From assembly GCA_016906335.1 (NCBI GenBank), contig JADEYG010000015.1, positions 1,297,566-1,317,565 on the forward strand: DNA of 20,000 nucleotides. The letters run 5' to 3'. The stretch's first letter is position 1. Each line of letters starts with the position of its first letter. Source of the stretch: Novakomyces olei. Lineage: Eukaryota. The position numbers and the translations under genes were made by a program. This document shows, one piece after another, positions 19,231 through 20,000 of this stretch. Under the pieces are notes generated by a model. That model worked only from the letters and a program-made list of their open reading frames with translations. It did no database searches and had not been told where the DNA came from.

Positions 19231-20000
19231 TAGATATATTCAAACCGGAATTATGGCGAAATTCCATTTTTATGTAATGTGATTCTTATTATGTATAATT
19301 CTAGTCAGGGTTTTCGCTTTTCCTTTACGCCATAATTCCATTTCGAAAAATAATTAATGTATGAGGGGGGGTCATGCCAATTTCCTTAGCATTCCCGCGA
19401 ATTATGGCGTAATTCTAATAAGAATGGTAGGAGAAACGTGGAGGCAGGGTTTTTTAGGGAGAATTTTCCGACTAAATTCCAAATTATAATATGGGAAATT
19501 GCGCGGGAATGCTAAGGAAATTGGCATAAACGGGGGTAAGAACGACGTAAGAGCAAAAATAGTTTCCGCCTTAATTCCAAAACATTGGCAAACCATATTG
19601 CGGCGAGGGTAGGGTTGCTGAATTTATAAAATATAATTATTATACAAGATGGTCTACACATATTATAGCTATCTGATAATATAATAAAAATATTATAGAG
19701 AGAGCCCCATAGTAATAAAGTATAATAAGAAAAACGTCAGAAAAATAAGAAAAATTAAGAGTGTGTAGTCCATGTGTAGAGGTGACAAAACGTCGAATGA
19801 ACAAGTGTTTTTACAAAAAGTGTATGGTTGGATAGAGGGGTGCAGTAGGAGTGTAAATATATACTTGTTTACAAGATTGGATTAGTAATTATGGAGATAT
19901 ATGGGTTTAAAGATTTATAAAAAGCTCATGACGGCGCAGGATGCATTTTATGTGGCATTATAATAATGTATAGTAGAATAATTTATTGTAAAGCAATGTA
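19229..20000 (+). repeat. Subtelomeric long repeat copy C (runs off the window)
   Basis: Near-identical to 16233-17004. Confidence 0.95.

Noticed and set aside
16407-19596. Identical 64-aa ORFs (16407-16601, 19402-19596) and the Tyr/His-rich ORF 17129-17392
   Set aside because: By-products of the DNA duplication and the minisatellite; no coding signature.

Overview
Fungal (intron-poor, probably yeast-like ascomycete) subtelomeric window, with the telomere most likely beyond the right edge. 1-5.6 kb: a compact three-gene cluster of a GliC/PUL2-like cytochrome P450, an MCT-type MFS transporter and a Zn2Cys6 transcription factor. 5.7-10.9 kb: three nested, co-oriented, 3'-truncated LTR retrotransposons. 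The outer one is a Ty5/copia-type element with a half-tRNA-iMet PBS and a UGA-CUAG gag/pol junction. It is interrupted by a self-priming Tf1/sushi-type Ty3/gypsy element, which is itself interrupted by a second related gypsy. 10.9-15.4 kb: a telomere-linked helicase (TLH)-type gene split by two single-base frameshifts. Its central region carries a tyrosine-recombinase-like R-K-R-H-Y motif set upstream of the RecQ helicase. 15.4-20 kb: stacked non-coding modules, a minisatellite, G-rich skewed DNA and TTAGGG-like repeats. The main candidate for a new system is this YR-RecQ gene together with a recurrent non-coding module. The module has a fixed left end, an array of regularly spaced odd palindromes and a co-varying long inverted repeat, and it is repeatedly joined to unrelated DNA at the same position. 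This suggests a self-mobilising, chromosome-end-capturing element. All protein family calls are from motif recognition by eye; no database search was run.
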